Source: Spirochaetia bacterium (GTDB lineage: Bacteria; Spirochaetota; Spirochaetia; SZUA-6; Bin103). From it: 64,000 bases of DNA. Both the position numbers and the translations under genes were made by a program. The notes under the pieces are model-generated. The model was not told where the DNA came from and ran no database searches. It saw only the letters and a list, made by a program, of their open reading frames with translations. Shown one piece after another: positions 21,426 to 32,617 of the stretch. Within the stretch, counting starts at the first letter, position 1. Each line of letters starts with the position of its first letter. Location of the stretch: contig CBDBOV010000006.1 in the NCBI GenBank assembly GCA_965208575.1, forward strand, positions 448,001 to 512,000, given 5' to 3'.

Positions 21426-22959
21426 GGGTGCATTCTTTCTCTGTGGTAGCGGAATAGGAACCCTCCCAGAGACCAGAGATTCGGTGATGTGGTAAACATC
21501 GACCTGTCTCTGGGAGGGGACCAAAATGAGTGAGACCTTGGTAACGGAGTTGCTCCGGTTTTGCAAGACCCGGTGCGGGATTGACCTGAACCCGTGCAGC
21601 GGACCACGGGATCTGCTCGCCGCGGAGCTCGGTATGCTGAAGTGCCTGGTGGCTGCGGGACGTGCAGCGATGCAACGCTGGTGTGAGCAAGTCGGTGATG
21701 GGTATGTCGGTGCGCGCGCAACCCGCGGCGAGGTTCGGTACCGCTTTGTCGGGAGACGGCGGAAGACGCTGCATGGGCTGTTCGGCGTGATCACCTTGGT
21801 GCGCGCCTACTACGCGCCGCTCGGTGGCGGTGGCAAGGGGTGGGTGCCGCTGACAGAGCAACTGGGTATCGCGGGCGGGTACACGCCTGGGTGCCAGTAC
21901 TTCATGGCGCGGTGGTGCGCCGAGCAGTCCTACGAGCAGGGTCTGGCGCAATTCCACGAGGTGTTGCGGCCTGACGGGCGGGAGCTGGTGTCGATGAACA
22001 AGGCGTTCGAGATGGTGCGGGCGGTTACTGACGGGTTGGCGGAGCAACGCCAGCGGGAGATTGTCGAGCGTGCCGACGAGCCGGTGGCGGTGCGCGAAGA
22101 GATCACCGGGACGATGGTCGTGGGCATCGACGCGGGGAAGGTGGCGACACGCGCGAACGAGCGGGTAACTGAAGATGGGAAAAAGAGTTACGATCGCGTG
22201 TTTCGGGACTCCAAGGTAGCGACGGTATCAGCGGTGAAGGTGGACCGGGAGGGTGCAGCGCACTGCACCAAGACCTCCTGTGTCACCGGGATCGAGCATG
22301 CTGATGAGTTCTTTCCCCGGATCGAGGTGGAAATGAGCCGGCGCAGCGCTCACCTGGCAGCGCTGGTGCTGGTGATTCTGGGCGATGGAGCGCATTGGAT
22401 ATGGGACCGGGTCTCCCAGCTGTCCGAACCCGGGCAGAAGGTCTGGCACATCCTCGATTTCTGGCATGCCTGCGACCACTTGGGGAAGATCGGCAAGGTG
22501 TTGTACGGCGAGGGCAGCGAGCAGTTCAAGAGATCCTTCAAGCGCTGGCGCAGCCTGCTGCGCAAGGGCTGCGTCGCCGCCGTAATCAAGGAACTGCAGG
22601 AACTGCACGTCAGTGGCCGCTACAGCGAGAAGCAGTGCTACGACCTCCAGGGCGAGATCAACTACTTCACGGCCAACCAGCACCGCATGGACTACCCGCT
22701 GTATCGATCGTGCGGTCTGCCGATCGGCAGCGGTGTAGTCGAGGGAGCCTGCAAGAACGTCGTCGCCAAGCGCATGAAGCAGAGTGGGATGACTTGGTCG
22801 CTGGACGGAGCCAAGGAGATGCTTCAGCTCCGCGCTTCGGCGAAGAGCCGTCGCTTCTGGGACGATTTCGAGAGCCTGTTGCCCTCATCGCCCACCCCAG
22901 AATCCAACCAGATCCAGCTTGAGGCTGCCTGACCGCTACCACACTGACGGAATGCACCC
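21426..22959 (+). mobile_element. insertion sequence (ISKra4/ISLre2-type), 1534 bp
   Basis: 27-bp imperfect terminal IRs GGGTGCATTC...TGTGGTAGCGG; 9-bp target duplication GGGACCCGC at 21417-21425 and 22960-22968. Confidence 0.95.
21526..22932 (+). CDS. DDE transposase (ISKra4/UPF0236-like)
   Basis: GIDAG, LGDGAHWIW, ILDFWHA, LPIGSGVVEGACK..RMKQSGMTWS. Confidence 0.92.
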   Translation: MSETLVTELLRFCKTRCGIDLNPCSGPRDLLAAELGMLKCLVAAGRAAMQRWCEQVGDGYVGARATRGEVRYRFVGRRRKTLHGLFGVITLVRAYYAPLGGGGKGWVPLTEQLGIAGGYTPGCQYFMARWCAEQSYEQGLAQFHEVLRPDGRELVSMNKAFEMVRAVTDGLAEQRQREIVERADEPVAVREEITGTMVVGIDAGKVATRANERVTEDGKKSYDRVFRDSKVATVSAVKVDREGAAHCTKTSCVTGIEHADEFFPRIEVEMSRRSAHLAALVLVILGDGAHWIWDRVSQLSEPGQKVWHILDFWHACDHLGKIGKVLYGEGSEQFKRSFKRWRSLLRKGCVAAVIKELQELHVSGRYSEKQCYDLQGEINYFTANQHRMDYPLYRSCGLPIGSGVVEGACKNVVAKRMKQSGMTWSLDGAKEMLQLRASAKSRRFWDDFESLLPSSPTPESNQIQLEAA

Positions 22960-25900
22960 GGGACCCGCACCGGCACCAGCCTGGGCACGCTGACGATCCC
23001 GACCCTGTCCAGTTCTTTCACGACCGCACAGTTCACCGCGCCCGGCAGCGGCTTCTCTCTGAAGCCCAGCACGACGTATGTCGTGGTGCTCGCCGGCAGC
23101 GCGACCATTATTGACATAACCCAGAGCGACTCCGAGGACAGTGGCGCCGCGGCGGGCTGGAGCATTGCGGACACCGGCCGGATTCAGGGCAACACTAGCC
23201 CCAACGCGTCCATCAAGATGGCGGTCCACGGCTACGCCAACAGCGCGCCCACGGTAGCGAACGCCATTCCGGACCAGACGGCAAGGGCGGGCGGGGCGTT
23301 CAGCTACGCCTTTCCGGTCAACACCTTCGCCGACGCGGACACCGGCGACACCCTGACCTACACCGCGACCAAGTCCGACGACAGCGCGTTGCCGTCCTGG
23401 CTGACCTTCACCGCCAGCACCCGCGCCTTCTCGGGCACGCCGCAGACGGCCAACGTCGGCACGCTGTCGGTGAAGGTGACCGCGAGCGACGGCACGGCTT
23501 CGGTGAGCGACACCTTCGACATCGTGGTGAAGGCGGCGCCGTCGGTCACAGGGGTCGCCATCTGGTCGACGCCCTCGCTCGATAGGGACGACAGCGGCAC
23601 GCCGGAGACCTACGGGCTGTCCGAGAAGATCCGGGTGCAGGTGACCTTCAGCGAGGCGGTGACGGTGACCGGCGCGCCGCGGCTGACGATCAAGATGGAC
23701 CCGAACTACGGCGAGTTCCCGGCGAACTACGAGACCGGCAGCGGCTCGACGAATCTGATCTTCGCCCACACCGTGGTGGACCCCAACATCTCGTCGGTGG
23801 GCATCGCGGTGCTCGAGAACACGCTGGAACTGAACGGCGGCACGATCCGGGCGGGGAGCGCGAACGCGCTGCTGGGGCATTCGGGGCTGGCCCACGACGC
23901 CGGCCACAAGGTGGACCACCGCGTCACGGGGACGCCGCAGTCTCCGCCCGCGCAACCGCGGCCGCCTGCCGCGCCTCGGGACACGGCGCCGCCGCAGGTT
24001 TCGGCCGCGCCGACGGTGGATGGCGCGACGCTCACGATCGTCTTCGACGAGCGGCTGGCCCGCGGCGCGGTGCCGCCGGCGGCGTTCGAGGTAGTGGTGG
24101 GCGGCGCCGAGGGCGTCACCCCGTCTTCCGTCGAGGTGGACCACCGGGGAACGGGCCGGACGTTGACGCTGACGCTGCCGGCGGCGGTGGCCCACGGCGA
24201 GACGGTCGAGGTGCGCTACACCCGGCCCGCGGCGGGCGGCGAGCGGCTGCGCGACGTCGCGGGCAACGCGGTGGCGAACTTCACGCGGACGGTGACCAAC
24301 GAGACGCCGGCGCCCCCGCCGGGAACGCCGGTGGCCGACGCCGGGGCCGACCTGGCGGTGGGTCCCGGGGCTTCGGTGACGCTGGACGGCTCGGCGAGCG
24401 CGGACCCGGACGGGGACGTGCTGAGCTATGCGTGGACGCAGACCTCGGGGGCGGCGGTGGCGCTGGAGGGCGCGGACACGGCGCGGGCGACGTTCACGGC
24501 GCCGGCGGATACGGGCGCGCTGGCGTTCCGGCTTACGGTGACGGACCCCGGCGGGCTCCCGGCCTACGACGACGTCACGGTGACGGTGCGCGACGTGGGG
24601 CCGCGCTTCGCGGCGCCGGTGTCGGCGCTGACGCTGTTGCTGGACCGGGAGATGGAGCCGGTGGTGCTGCCGGCGGCCACCGGCGGCAACGGCGGCCCCA
24701 TACCTATGCGCTGACCTCGGCGCCGGCGGGCCTGGCGGGGCTTTCCTTCGATGCGGGGACGCGGACGCTCTCGGGCACGCCGGCGGCGGAGGGGGACTGG
24801 ACCTTCACCTGGACGGCCCATGACGGGGACTCCAACACCGCGCCTTCCGACGCCGCTCGGGTGACCTTCCGGGTGACGGTGGGGGCGGTGGCGCCGGAGG
24901 CGCAGCGGCGGGCGGTGAAGCGCACCGTGGCGGCGCTGGCGACGCGCACGCTGGCGTCGGCGCTCGACACGATCGGCGCGCGGCTGAGCGGCGCCCTGCC
25001 CGGCGCGAACCTGACGCTGGCCGGCGAGTCGGTGCCGATATTCTCTACGTTCGGGGGGTCCGGGGCGGCCGCGGGGTGGCGCGCCGGCCCGAGCCTTGGG
25101 GCCTGCCCGGTCGACGGGTTCGGCAACGGCTTTGCGCACGCCGGCTTCGGCGCGGCGCGCGGTGGCTGCGCGCCGGCAGGGCCGAGCCGGACCTTCGGGA
25201 CGGCGGAGCTTCTGGGCGCGAGCGGGTTCTCGCTGACGCTGGGCGCGGCCCCTTCCGGGTCGGCCGGGCGGGACGCGCGGCGGCTGGATGCGGAGGATGC
25301 CGCGCCGGCTGCCGCCCGGATCCGCGACGCGGGCGAGCCGGTGTGGTCGCTGTGGGGCCGCGGCGACCTGGGCGCGTTCGCGGGTCGCCCGGAGCCGGGG
25401 ATGCGCTACGAGGGCGAGACGCGGACCGGCTGGCTCGGGGTGGACGCCCGCTCCGGGCGTTGGGTCGCGGGCCTCGCAGTCTCGCACGGGACCGGCGAGT
25501 CGGACTACGGCTTCGAGGGCGGCGACCATCCGGCGGAGCGGGGCCGGCTTGAGACGACGGTGAGCGCGCTCTGGCCCTACGGGCGCTGGACCTTCGGGAA
25601 CGTGCTGGAGCTGCGCGCCATGGCCGGCGCGGGGACCGGCACCTTGCGCCACGCCCCGGGCGGCGGCGCGCCGGCCGAGGAGAGCGGGTTGACGATGTGG
25701 GCGGGCTCGGTCGGCGTCAAGCGGAACCTGCCGCCCGTGGCCAGCATCCACCTGGCGGCGCGGGCCGACGCGAGCTTCGCGCATATCGCGTCCGAAGGCG
25801 GCGGGGAGACGCTCGACGGGCTGCGCGCCGACAGCTTGCGCGTGCGCGCCGGCGTGGAGGCGTCGCGGCGCCTGGCGCTGGGCGGCGAGCGGGCGCTCGT

Positions 25901-26678
25901 GCCGTTCCTGGAACTGGCGGCGCGGCAGGACGACGGCGACGGCGTGACCGGCACCGGCCTGGAGCTGGCGGGCGGGCTGCGCTTCGCGGCGCCCGGCGTC
26001 GACGTCGAGGTGCGCGGGCGCGTGCTGGCGGCGCACACCCAGGAGGGCGCCGAGGAGCGGGGGTTGAGCATGACCGCGCGGATGGGGTCCGCGCACGGGC
26101 GCGGGCTGTCGCTGATGCTGAGCCCGCGCTGGGGCGCGGGCACGGGCGGGGCGGAGGCGCTGTGGCGCGACGAGCTGCCGACGGCGGCCGGGGCGCCGCA
26201 CGGCGATGCCGGCGCGCTCGACGCGCGCATCGGCTACGGGGTCGGGGTGGCGCCGCACGGGCTGCTGACGCCGTTCGCCGAGACCAGGCTCGCCGGCGAT
26301 GACCGGCGGCTCCGGCTCGGAACCCGGTTCGAGGCGGAGCACATGAATCTCGGCGTCGAACTCGCCGGCGAGCACCGCGAGGGCGGCGCGGCCGGGCCCG
26401 AGCAGGTGCTCACGCTCGACCTGAAGCTGCGGCACTGAGCGCCGGCGCGTGTCCTACTGGGATGCCGCCATCATCGAAGCCGCGCGGATGCTTTCCTGCG
26501 ACCCACCGAATCGGCGGCCCGTGCAACCGGAAGGCACCCGCCGGCGGCGCCCTCCACGCCGACCGGCGGGACCGCCAGGGCTCGGGTTCGCTCGCCCGCC
26601 GTGTTTGCGGTAGGGTACAACGTGCGACGGATCGGTCAGAAGTTCGGACAATAGCAAGCGCAAGGAGCCGGCGGACCA

Positions 26679-27827
26679 ATGGCAACGAAGATCGAGCAGG
26701 TCGAATCGATTCGGATTGGTGGCACATACCTGGTGCGAATCCGGACCGAATCCGGGTTGACCGGGCTGGGGCAGACCGCGTGCTGGGGCTATCCGGAGGC
26801 GGTGCAGCAGATCGTGGAGCGGTTCGGATCATACCTGGTGGGGCAGGATCCGTTCCGTATCGAGCACCATTGGCAGGCGAACTACCGTACCGGGCCGTTC
26901 CGGGGCTCCGCGCTGTCGGGGGCGGTCAGCGCGGTGGATATCGCCCTCTGGGATATCAAGGGCAAGCACTTCGGGGCACCGGTCTGGGAATTGATGGGAG
27001 GCAAGTGCCGGGAACGAATCCGGCTGTTTCTGCTGATGGAAGGGGCCGAGACCCCGGACCAGATCGCCACCCAGGCGCGGGCCGCCGCCGAGGAGGGATT
27101 CACGGCGCTGAAGTTCGATCCACTCCCCGCCGGGTATCAGAACATGTCCCACGCGCGGCAGATCTCATCGGTGTGCGACCTGGTGGCCGCGGCCCGGGAG
27201 GCGGTGGGTGACGATGTCGACCTGATCGTCGAAATACACCGCAAGCTCACGCCGCTGGTCGCGGTGCCATTGGCCGACGCCCTGGCGGAATTCCGCCCGC
27301 TGTTCTACGAGGATCCGATCCAGATCGACAGCATCGTATCGCAGGCGGAGGTCGCGCGCCGCATCTCCATTCCGGTGGCGAACGGCGAACGACTGCACTC
27401 GATCTGGGAGTTTCGGGAGCTTCTTGCGTGCGGCGGCCCGCAGTACGTGCGCCCGGACGTGGGCCTGGCGGGCGGCTTGACCCATTGCAAGAAGATCGCC
27501 GCCATCGCGGAGTCGTACCACTGCGCCGTGGTGACTCACAACTTCCTCGGACCGGTGCTGACCGCAGCCTCGGTCCACCTGGATACGTGCATTCCCAACT
27601 TCGTTACCCAGGAGTACTCCAGGTATGACGAATCGCCGGAGAGTGCCGTGTACCGGACCGCTCTCAAGCGGGACGGCGGCTTTCTCCCGGTGCCCGAGAT
27701 GCCCGGCCTGGGAATCGAACTGGACGATGCAGCGTTGGCGCAGGCACAGCAGGAGTCCGTCGGAGCGGTGCGCCTCTCTCAACAACCGCTACTGCGCAGC
27801 GACGGTTCGGTTGCCTCCAGCGTATAG
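26679..27827 (+). CDS. mandelate racemase/galactonate dehydratase-like enolase-superfamily enzyme
   Basis: SAVDIALWDIKGK, GFTALKF, EIHRK, FYEDP, ANGERL, THNFLGP. Confidence 0.9.
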   Translation: MATKIEQVESIRIGGTYLVRIRTESGLTGLGQTACWGYPEAVQQIVERFGSYLVGQDPFRIEHHWQANYRTGPFRGSALSGAVSAVDIALWDIKGKHFGAPVWELMGGKCRERIRLFLLMEGAETPDQIATQARAAAEEGFTALKFDPLPAGYQNMSHARQISSVCDLVAAAREAVGDDVDLIVEIHRKLTPLVAVPLADALAEFRPLFYEDPIQIDSIVSQAEVARRISIPVANGERLHSIWEFRELLACGGPQYVRPDVGLAGGLTHCKKIAAIAESYHCAVVTHNFLGPVLTAASVHLDTCIPNFVTQEYSRYDESPESAVYRTALKRDGGFLPVPEMPGLGIELDDAALAQAQQESVGAVRLSQQPLLRSDGSVASSV

Positions 27828-27846
27828 CGAGTAGCAGCGCTCGCCG

Positions 27847-28221
27847 CTACGGCGTGCCGTGCAGCACTTCGATCAGCAGGTTGTCCGGACCGGAGACGAA
27901 CACGACATCCATGTTCTTCATCTTGCGCGGGCCATCCACGATGTTGGCGCCGCGTTCCCGCAGTTGCGCCACGGTCCCTTCGAAGTCGTCGGTGGCCATC
28001 GCGAAGTGATGGATCGCCGCATCGTTCGGGTTCGGTCCGTCCGTGGTCGGCGCGCGGTGAAAGATGTTGATGTGGCTTCCGGCCAGGTGCATGCGGGTGA
28101 TGACCACCGCCCCGAAGTCGATGACCCACTCGTCGGTGGCGTCGAACGTCTTGGCCAGGAACGCCTTGGTCGCGTCCGGGTCGCTGCTCTGGATGTGGAT
28201 GTGATCAAGGGAAAGCTTCAT
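27847..28221 (-). CDS. VOC/glyoxalase family protein
   Basis: LDHIHI, IHHFAMATDD, FVSGPDNLLIEV. Confidence 0.88.
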   Translation of the reverse strand: MKLSLDHIHIQSSDPDATKAFLAKTFDATDEWVIDFGAVVITRMHLAGSHINIFHRAPTTDGPNPNDAAIHHFAMATDDFEGTVAQLRERGANIVDGPRKMKNMDVVFVSGPDNLLIEVLHGTP

Positions 28222-28333
28222 TGCCCCTACGATGCACCACAACACGCGGCCATGCCCACCCATCCTCCAAGGACCATCCCCCGCCGCTGCCTGCCTGTTG
28301 ACCAGGAGTTATACCTTGGTTATACTCGGCTTC

Positions 28334-28582
28334 ATGAAAACGGCCGTATCGCTGCCGGAACACCTGTTCAGAAAGGCAGATGAGGTAGCCGGGGAATTGG
28401 GGATTCCGCGCAGTCGGCTGTTCGCCATCGCGCTTGAGCAGTTCCTCGTCAACCACCGCCAGCAGGCAGTGACCGAACGCCTCGACGCCGTGTACAGCGA
28501 TCTACCAGACCGGCAGTCGCAGGACGCCATGGATGCGGGGCTGGAGAGTCTTCGGAACCTGACTCGCGATGACTCGTGGTGA
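28334..28582 (+). CDS. ribbon-helix-helix antitoxin
   Basis: MKTAVSLPEHLF..LGIPRSRLF; overlaps the toxin start. Confidence 0.85.
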   Translation: MKTAVSLPEHLFRKADEVAGELGIPRSRLFAIALEQFLVNHRQQAVTERLDAVYSDLPDRQSQDAMDAGLESLRNLTRDDSW

Positions 28583-28907
28583 GATCTGGTGGGCGGATCT
28601 CGGCGTCCCTTTCGGCAGCGAACCGGGCTTTCGGCGTCCGGTCCTGATCGTTCAGGCCGACAGTTTCAATCGCAGCCGAATCGGTTCCGTGCTGTGCGTG
28701 CCGTTCACCACCAATCCGAGGCTGGCTGACGCGCCCGGCAACGTGTATCTGGATGCGGCCGAGTCGCTGTTGCCCAGAGACTCCGTGGTCGTCGTGTCCC
28801 AATTGACCTGCATCCATCGCGCGCGACTGGTGGAACGGGCGGGAACACTGGGGCCACAGAACTTCGCCGACGTGGAGGCTGGGCTCCGGCTCGTGCTCGC
28901 GCTCTAA
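28569..28907 (+). CDS. PemK/MazF family toxin
   Basis: RGEIWWADL, GSEPGFRRPVLIVQ, VPFTTN. Confidence 0.93.
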   Translation: MTRGEIWWADLGVPFGSEPGFRRPVLIVQADSFNRSRIGSVLCVPFTTNPRLADAPGNVYLDAAESLLPRDSVVVVSQLTCIHRARLVERAGTLGPQNFADVEAGLRLVLAL

Positions 28908-29185
28908 AGATCTGCCGAGGTGGGCGGCCTACACCTGCTCGGCGACGCGCGCGTCGGTGCGCAGACCGAGGTCCCGTCGCTCGAGTCCACACCCCGAGAG
29001 CACGCGCACTGCTCCGCATTTTGCTCGATGAACACCTCGACTGCGGTCTGGCACGCTCTTTCGACGATGCACACGAAGTTCGTTCCGTCCGTGGGATGGG
29101 TTGGTCGGGGATGCGCGGGCGACCGATACGAACGCCGCTGAGGACGATTGGATATGCGCCGGAGAACTGCCCTGGCGTGGCCGGG

Positions 29186-30184
29186 CTACGAGCCGCAGCG
29201 ATCCATGCGCGCAAGGAACTCGGCAGTCGTGGCGCAGTCCACGATCCACTCCCCGGTCTCGGCGAGACGATCCGCGTCCGTCACTTCAGCAAGCACCGTC
29301 GCCAGCCGCTCCGCCGCCGCCGGGCCGAAGCGCCGCTCCGCCAAGCGGCGCAACAACGCCTTCTCCCGCTCAATGCCCCGCTCGATGCCCTGCTCGATGC
29401 CCTGCTCGATGCCCTGCTCCAGGATTTCCGCTCCCCAGCGATCAATCTTTTCCGCCAACACTGCACTTGCCTCCTCGTACTCGCGGATCGATGGCAACTC
29501 CACGCCCCACTTCCGCCCCAGGGCGCCGAGCCACAGGTCAAAGGTCCTCGTCAGCCCCGGCTCGCCTACCTCGGCGAGCCATTCACCCAACTCCCGCACC
29601 CGCTCCGGCAGAGCCCCGACCTGCACGCTCTGCTCCACTTCCGCCACCCACCGTAGCAGGTTCGTCCGTGGCAGATCATCCCCTCTCACCGCCGCCAGAT
29701 CAAGCACCTCGTAGCTCAGCGCCAGATGCGCGGCACCGTCTTCCTCCGTCCTTGCCACCAGCCCGGCGAACGTCACCGGCGCGTCCCACCGTCTATCACC
29801 ATTGTACACGACCACGTGCAACACCGGGTCGGCCGTGTCGCTCTTGCTCCACCTGGGGCGGTCGTGGTACAGCCGCTGGTACAGCAGGCTCGTGTAGTTC
29901 AGGAACCGCAGCGGCATCGAGTAGTCCACGCTCGACTGATGCTCGATCACCACGTGCAGCGTCTGCACGCCGCCGCGTCCGTCGCGCCGGTCGATCGACC
30001 ACACCACGTCACCAAGCCGCCGTCGCAACTCGTCGGTGACGTTCTCGGTGGGGCCTTCGCGCAGGGTGTCGAAGTCGAACGCGCCGGCCCATCCCGACGG
30101 CCGCTGCGGGGCGATGAACCCGATGAGCAAGTCCTTGACGATGCGTTGGTGTGTGAGCAGGGGTTTGTACGCGGGGTCGTCCAT
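29186..30184 (-). CDS. Rpn/YhgA-like PD-(D/E)xK nuclease, copy 1 (intact; 4 E(Q/R)GI repeats)
   Basis: DDPAYKxLLTH, RRLGDVVW, VIEHQSSVD.SMPLR, VVYNGD..W; C-terminal RRLAERRFG domain. Confidence 0.88.
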   Translation of the reverse strand: MDDPAYKPLLTHQRIVKDLLIGFIAPQRPSGWAGAFDFDTLREGPTENVTDELRRRLGDVVWSIDRRDGRGGVQTLHVVIEHQSSVDYSMPLRFLNYTSLLYQRLYHDRPRWSKSDTADPVLHVVVYNGDRRWDAPVTFAGLVARTEEDGAAHLALSYEVLDLAAVRGDDLPRTNLLRWVAEVEQSVQVGALPERVRELGEWLAEVGEPGLTRTFDLWLGALGRKWGVELPSIREYEEASAVLAEKIDRWGAEILEQGIEQGIEQGIERGIEREKALLRRLAERRFGPAAAERLATVLAEVTDADRLAETGEWIVDCATTAEFLARMDRCGS

Positions 30185-30410
30185 GATTCTCTGCCGGTGG
30201 CCGCGCCATCGCAACGACGCGGCGCCATTCGGCGGGGGATTCTAACCTGACCACTTGCGGGGCGGTAGCGCCTCGCGTGAGGTGCGTGAGGTGATGGTTG
30301 TCGGGGCGTTGACGATGGCGAACGCGACCGTATCCGCGCAGACAGGGCAGCCTGATTGTCGGAAAACACATTCGTGAGCCAAGTGTCCGGCGGGCCGGAT
30401 TCAGTGCGAT

Positions 30411-30480
30411 CGTTCCAGCTTCTGCAGGGCCCGGGTGGCGCGCTCGGCGCGGGCGCCTACGCCGCCGGCCACCCCGCCGC
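30411..30480 (-). pseudogene. isolated copy of the oppC 3' tail
   Basis: Near-identical to 35099-35170. Confidence 0.8.
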
Positions 30481-30488
30481 ACGCTCGC

Positions 30489-31412
30489 TCAAACCGACGT
30501 GGCGCCGCTGCCAGCGAGACGACCGCCGCCGCCTCGCAGCCGCGGGTCGAGCAGGTCCCGCATGGCATCACCCAGCATGTTGAAACTGTACACCACGATC
30601 GTCAGGCACACCCCGGGCCATAGCGCCAGCCAGGGGGCCTGCTCCATGTACCTGCTCCCTTCATTGCTGAGCATCCCTCCCCAACTGGGGACATCGATGG
30701 GCAACCCGAATCCGAGGAAGCTCAACGCCGCCTCGGCCAGGATGACGCCGCCGACGTTGATGCTGAAGACGATGATGAGGGGCGCCACGATATTGGGCAG
30801 GACATGGCGCACCAGAATCTGCGTGGTGGGCGCGCCCACGGCCTTGGCTGCCAGGAAGTAGTCGTTGCCCTTGGTGGCCACCACGGCGCCTCTGACGACG
30901 CGCGAGCCGCCCACGCCGCCGGTGATCCCCAGGACCACGATGATCTGTGGCAGACCCTGCCCCACGACCGACATGATCGTGAGCAATAGCAGCAGTCCCG
31001 GGAACGCCATCCAGGCATCGACCAATCGTTGCACCGCCAGGTCCAGCTTACCGCCGAGGAATCCGGACGTGCCGCCGATCAGGGTAGCGACCACCACGTT
31101 CAGCGTGGTCGCCGCCAGACCAACGACCAACGAGATGCGCGCCCCGAACAGCAGACGGCTCAACAGGTCTCGCCCCAACTGGTCGGTCCCCAGCAGATGT
31201 CGCGTCGATGAGCCCTGCAGCCTTTCTGCCAGGCTCAGTTGATCGAAGGGATAAGGGGCCAAAACATCGGCAAAGATTGCCAGCAGAATCAGGATCAAGA
31301 TGACGATTCCGCTGGCGATGCCCAGCGGCTTCTCCCGCCACAACCTGCCAAAGAAATCGGCAAACAGGCGCCGCGTGTCATTCATAGGTAGCGCACTCCG
31401 GGGTGCAGCCAA
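30489..31412 (-). CDS. ABC peptide/nickel-type permease (OppC/DppC-like)
   Basis: LGTDQLGRD, RHVLPN, EAALSFLGFG, GDAMRDLLDPR. Confidence 0.95.
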   Translation of the reverse strand: MAAPRSALPMNDTRRLFADFFGRLWREKPLGIASGIVILILILLAIFADVLAPYPFDQLSLAERLQGSSTRHLLGTDQLGRDLLSRLLFGARISLVVGLAATTLNVVVATLIGGTSGFLGGKLDLAVQRLVDAWMAFPGLLLLLTIMSVVGQGLPQIIVVLGITGGVGGSRVVRGAVVATKGNDYFLAAKAVGAPTTQILVRHVLPNIVAPLIIVFSINVGGVILAEAALSFLGFGLPIDVPSWGGMLSNEGSRYMEQAPWLALWPGVCLTIVVYSFNMLGDAMRDLLDPRLRGGGGRLAGSGATSV

Positions 31413-31418
31413 AGAGCC

Positions 31419-32417
31419 TCACTCATAGCGCACTCTCGGGTCCAGATAGGAATAGAGCAGGTCGACCAGGAGATTGAACAGCACCACCGCGGTGGCGAAG
31501 AACAGGTTGACCCCGGACACCACCGGGTAGTCTCTGTCTTCCAGTGCAGTCAGCATGAGACGACCCAATCCCGGCAGGTTGAAGATGTTCTCCATGATGA
31601 CGGAGCCACCTATCAGGATCGGCAACTGCAGACCGATCAGGGACACCACCGGGATGAGTGCGTTCTTGACGGCGTGCCGCATGACGACCACCCGCTCTCT
31701 GAGACCCTTCGCCCAGGCGGTCCGGACGTAGTCCTGCCGCAGCACCTCCAGCATCATGGTGCGTGTCATCCGCATGGTGCTGGCAGACAGCGCCGTCGCC
31801 AGAATCAGGCTGGGAATGACCAGGATCCCCAGGTGGGCCCACGGGTCTCCGGTGAAAGGAACCCACTCGATCGGTGGCGTCCAGCGCCACCAGAGGGACG
31901 GGTAGAGCACGACCATGATTGCGAGCCAGAAGTTGGGCGTTGCCAGGCCGAGGATGGCGGCGGAGCGCCCCACGTAGTCGGCGGCCGTATCCTGGCGAAT
32001 CGCCGAGTAGATGCCGACCGGCAGCGCGATCACCAGCCCGATGAGGATTGCCATGACACCCAGCTCAATGGTTACCGGCAGTCTAGCCAATATCTGTTCC
32101 TCTACCGGCAAAGCGCCCAACAGTGACTCACCAAGGGCGCCCTGCAGGATACCTCTAAAGTGGGACTCACCGGTACTAGCGTCGGGGATCGGCAACACGC
32201 CTAGCCAGCGTCCATACTGCACATGCACCGGCACGTCCAATCCCAGCATACGCTCAAGAGCTGCACGGTCTATCCTGTTAGACACGAACTCCTGCTTGCC
32301 CATCATTGCGTCTATTATATCGCCCGGGATGAAGCGGACTGAGAGAAAGACCATGATCGTCAATAGAAACAGGGTGGGGATTATGAGCAGTAGCCTTCTG
32401 ATGATATAGGCTCTCAT
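31419..32417 (-). CDS. ABC peptide/nickel-type permease (OppB/DppB-like)
   Basis: RAYIIRRLL, IPGD, QDYVRTAWAKGL, KNALIP, RDYPVV, LDPRVRY. Confidence 0.95.
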   Translation of the reverse strand: MRAYIIRRLLLIIPTLFLLTIMVFLSVRFIPGDIIDAMMGKQEFVSNRIDRAALERMLGLDVPVHVQYGRWLGVLPIPDASTGESHFRGILQGALGESLLGALPVEEQILARLPVTIELGVMAILIGLVIALPVGIYSAIRQDTAADYVGRSAAILGLATPNFWLAIMVVLYPSLWWRWTPPIEWVPFTGDPWAHLGILVIPSLILATALSASTMRMTRTMMLEVLRQDYVRTAWAKGLRERVVVMRHAVKNALIPVVSLIGLQLPILIGGSVIMENIFNLPGLGRLMLTALEDRDYPVVSGVNLFFATAVVLFNLLVDLLYSYLDPRVRYE

Positions 32418-32617
32418 CCGATACACCCCATTGCCAGTTACCCCGTCGCCGCGAGCCGCGATTTATCGGGACATGGGGCGCGCGGCGCGAGGCGTGGGGT
32501 GTGACAAATCGAGGCCGCTCCTCGCAATGGGATGGTTATGGGAGCCGGGAGGCTGTCGCCTGCAGGCGCGCCTCCCAACTCCCGATTTCACAAAGTCAGT
32601 CACAAGGGGTCAACCCC

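Larger units (their letters stand above)
20908..26438 (+). pseudogene. large autotransporter-type surface protein (signal peptide, cadherin/Ig-like, SwmB-like and PKD-like domains, C-terminal beta-barrel), interrupted
   Basis: Signal peptide ..LLAAVLFLLPGAETAEA-Q; removing the IS rejoins IREGTR to TGTSLGT in frame; NSAPTVANAIPDQ, PVADAGAD; 1-nt frameshift at ~24697; barrel-like C-terminus from WSLWGRG. Confidence 0.8.

Noticed and set aside
28910-29120. Segment between mazF and Rpn copy 1
   Set aside because: No recognisable protein in the frames examined and no repeat partner found by eye.
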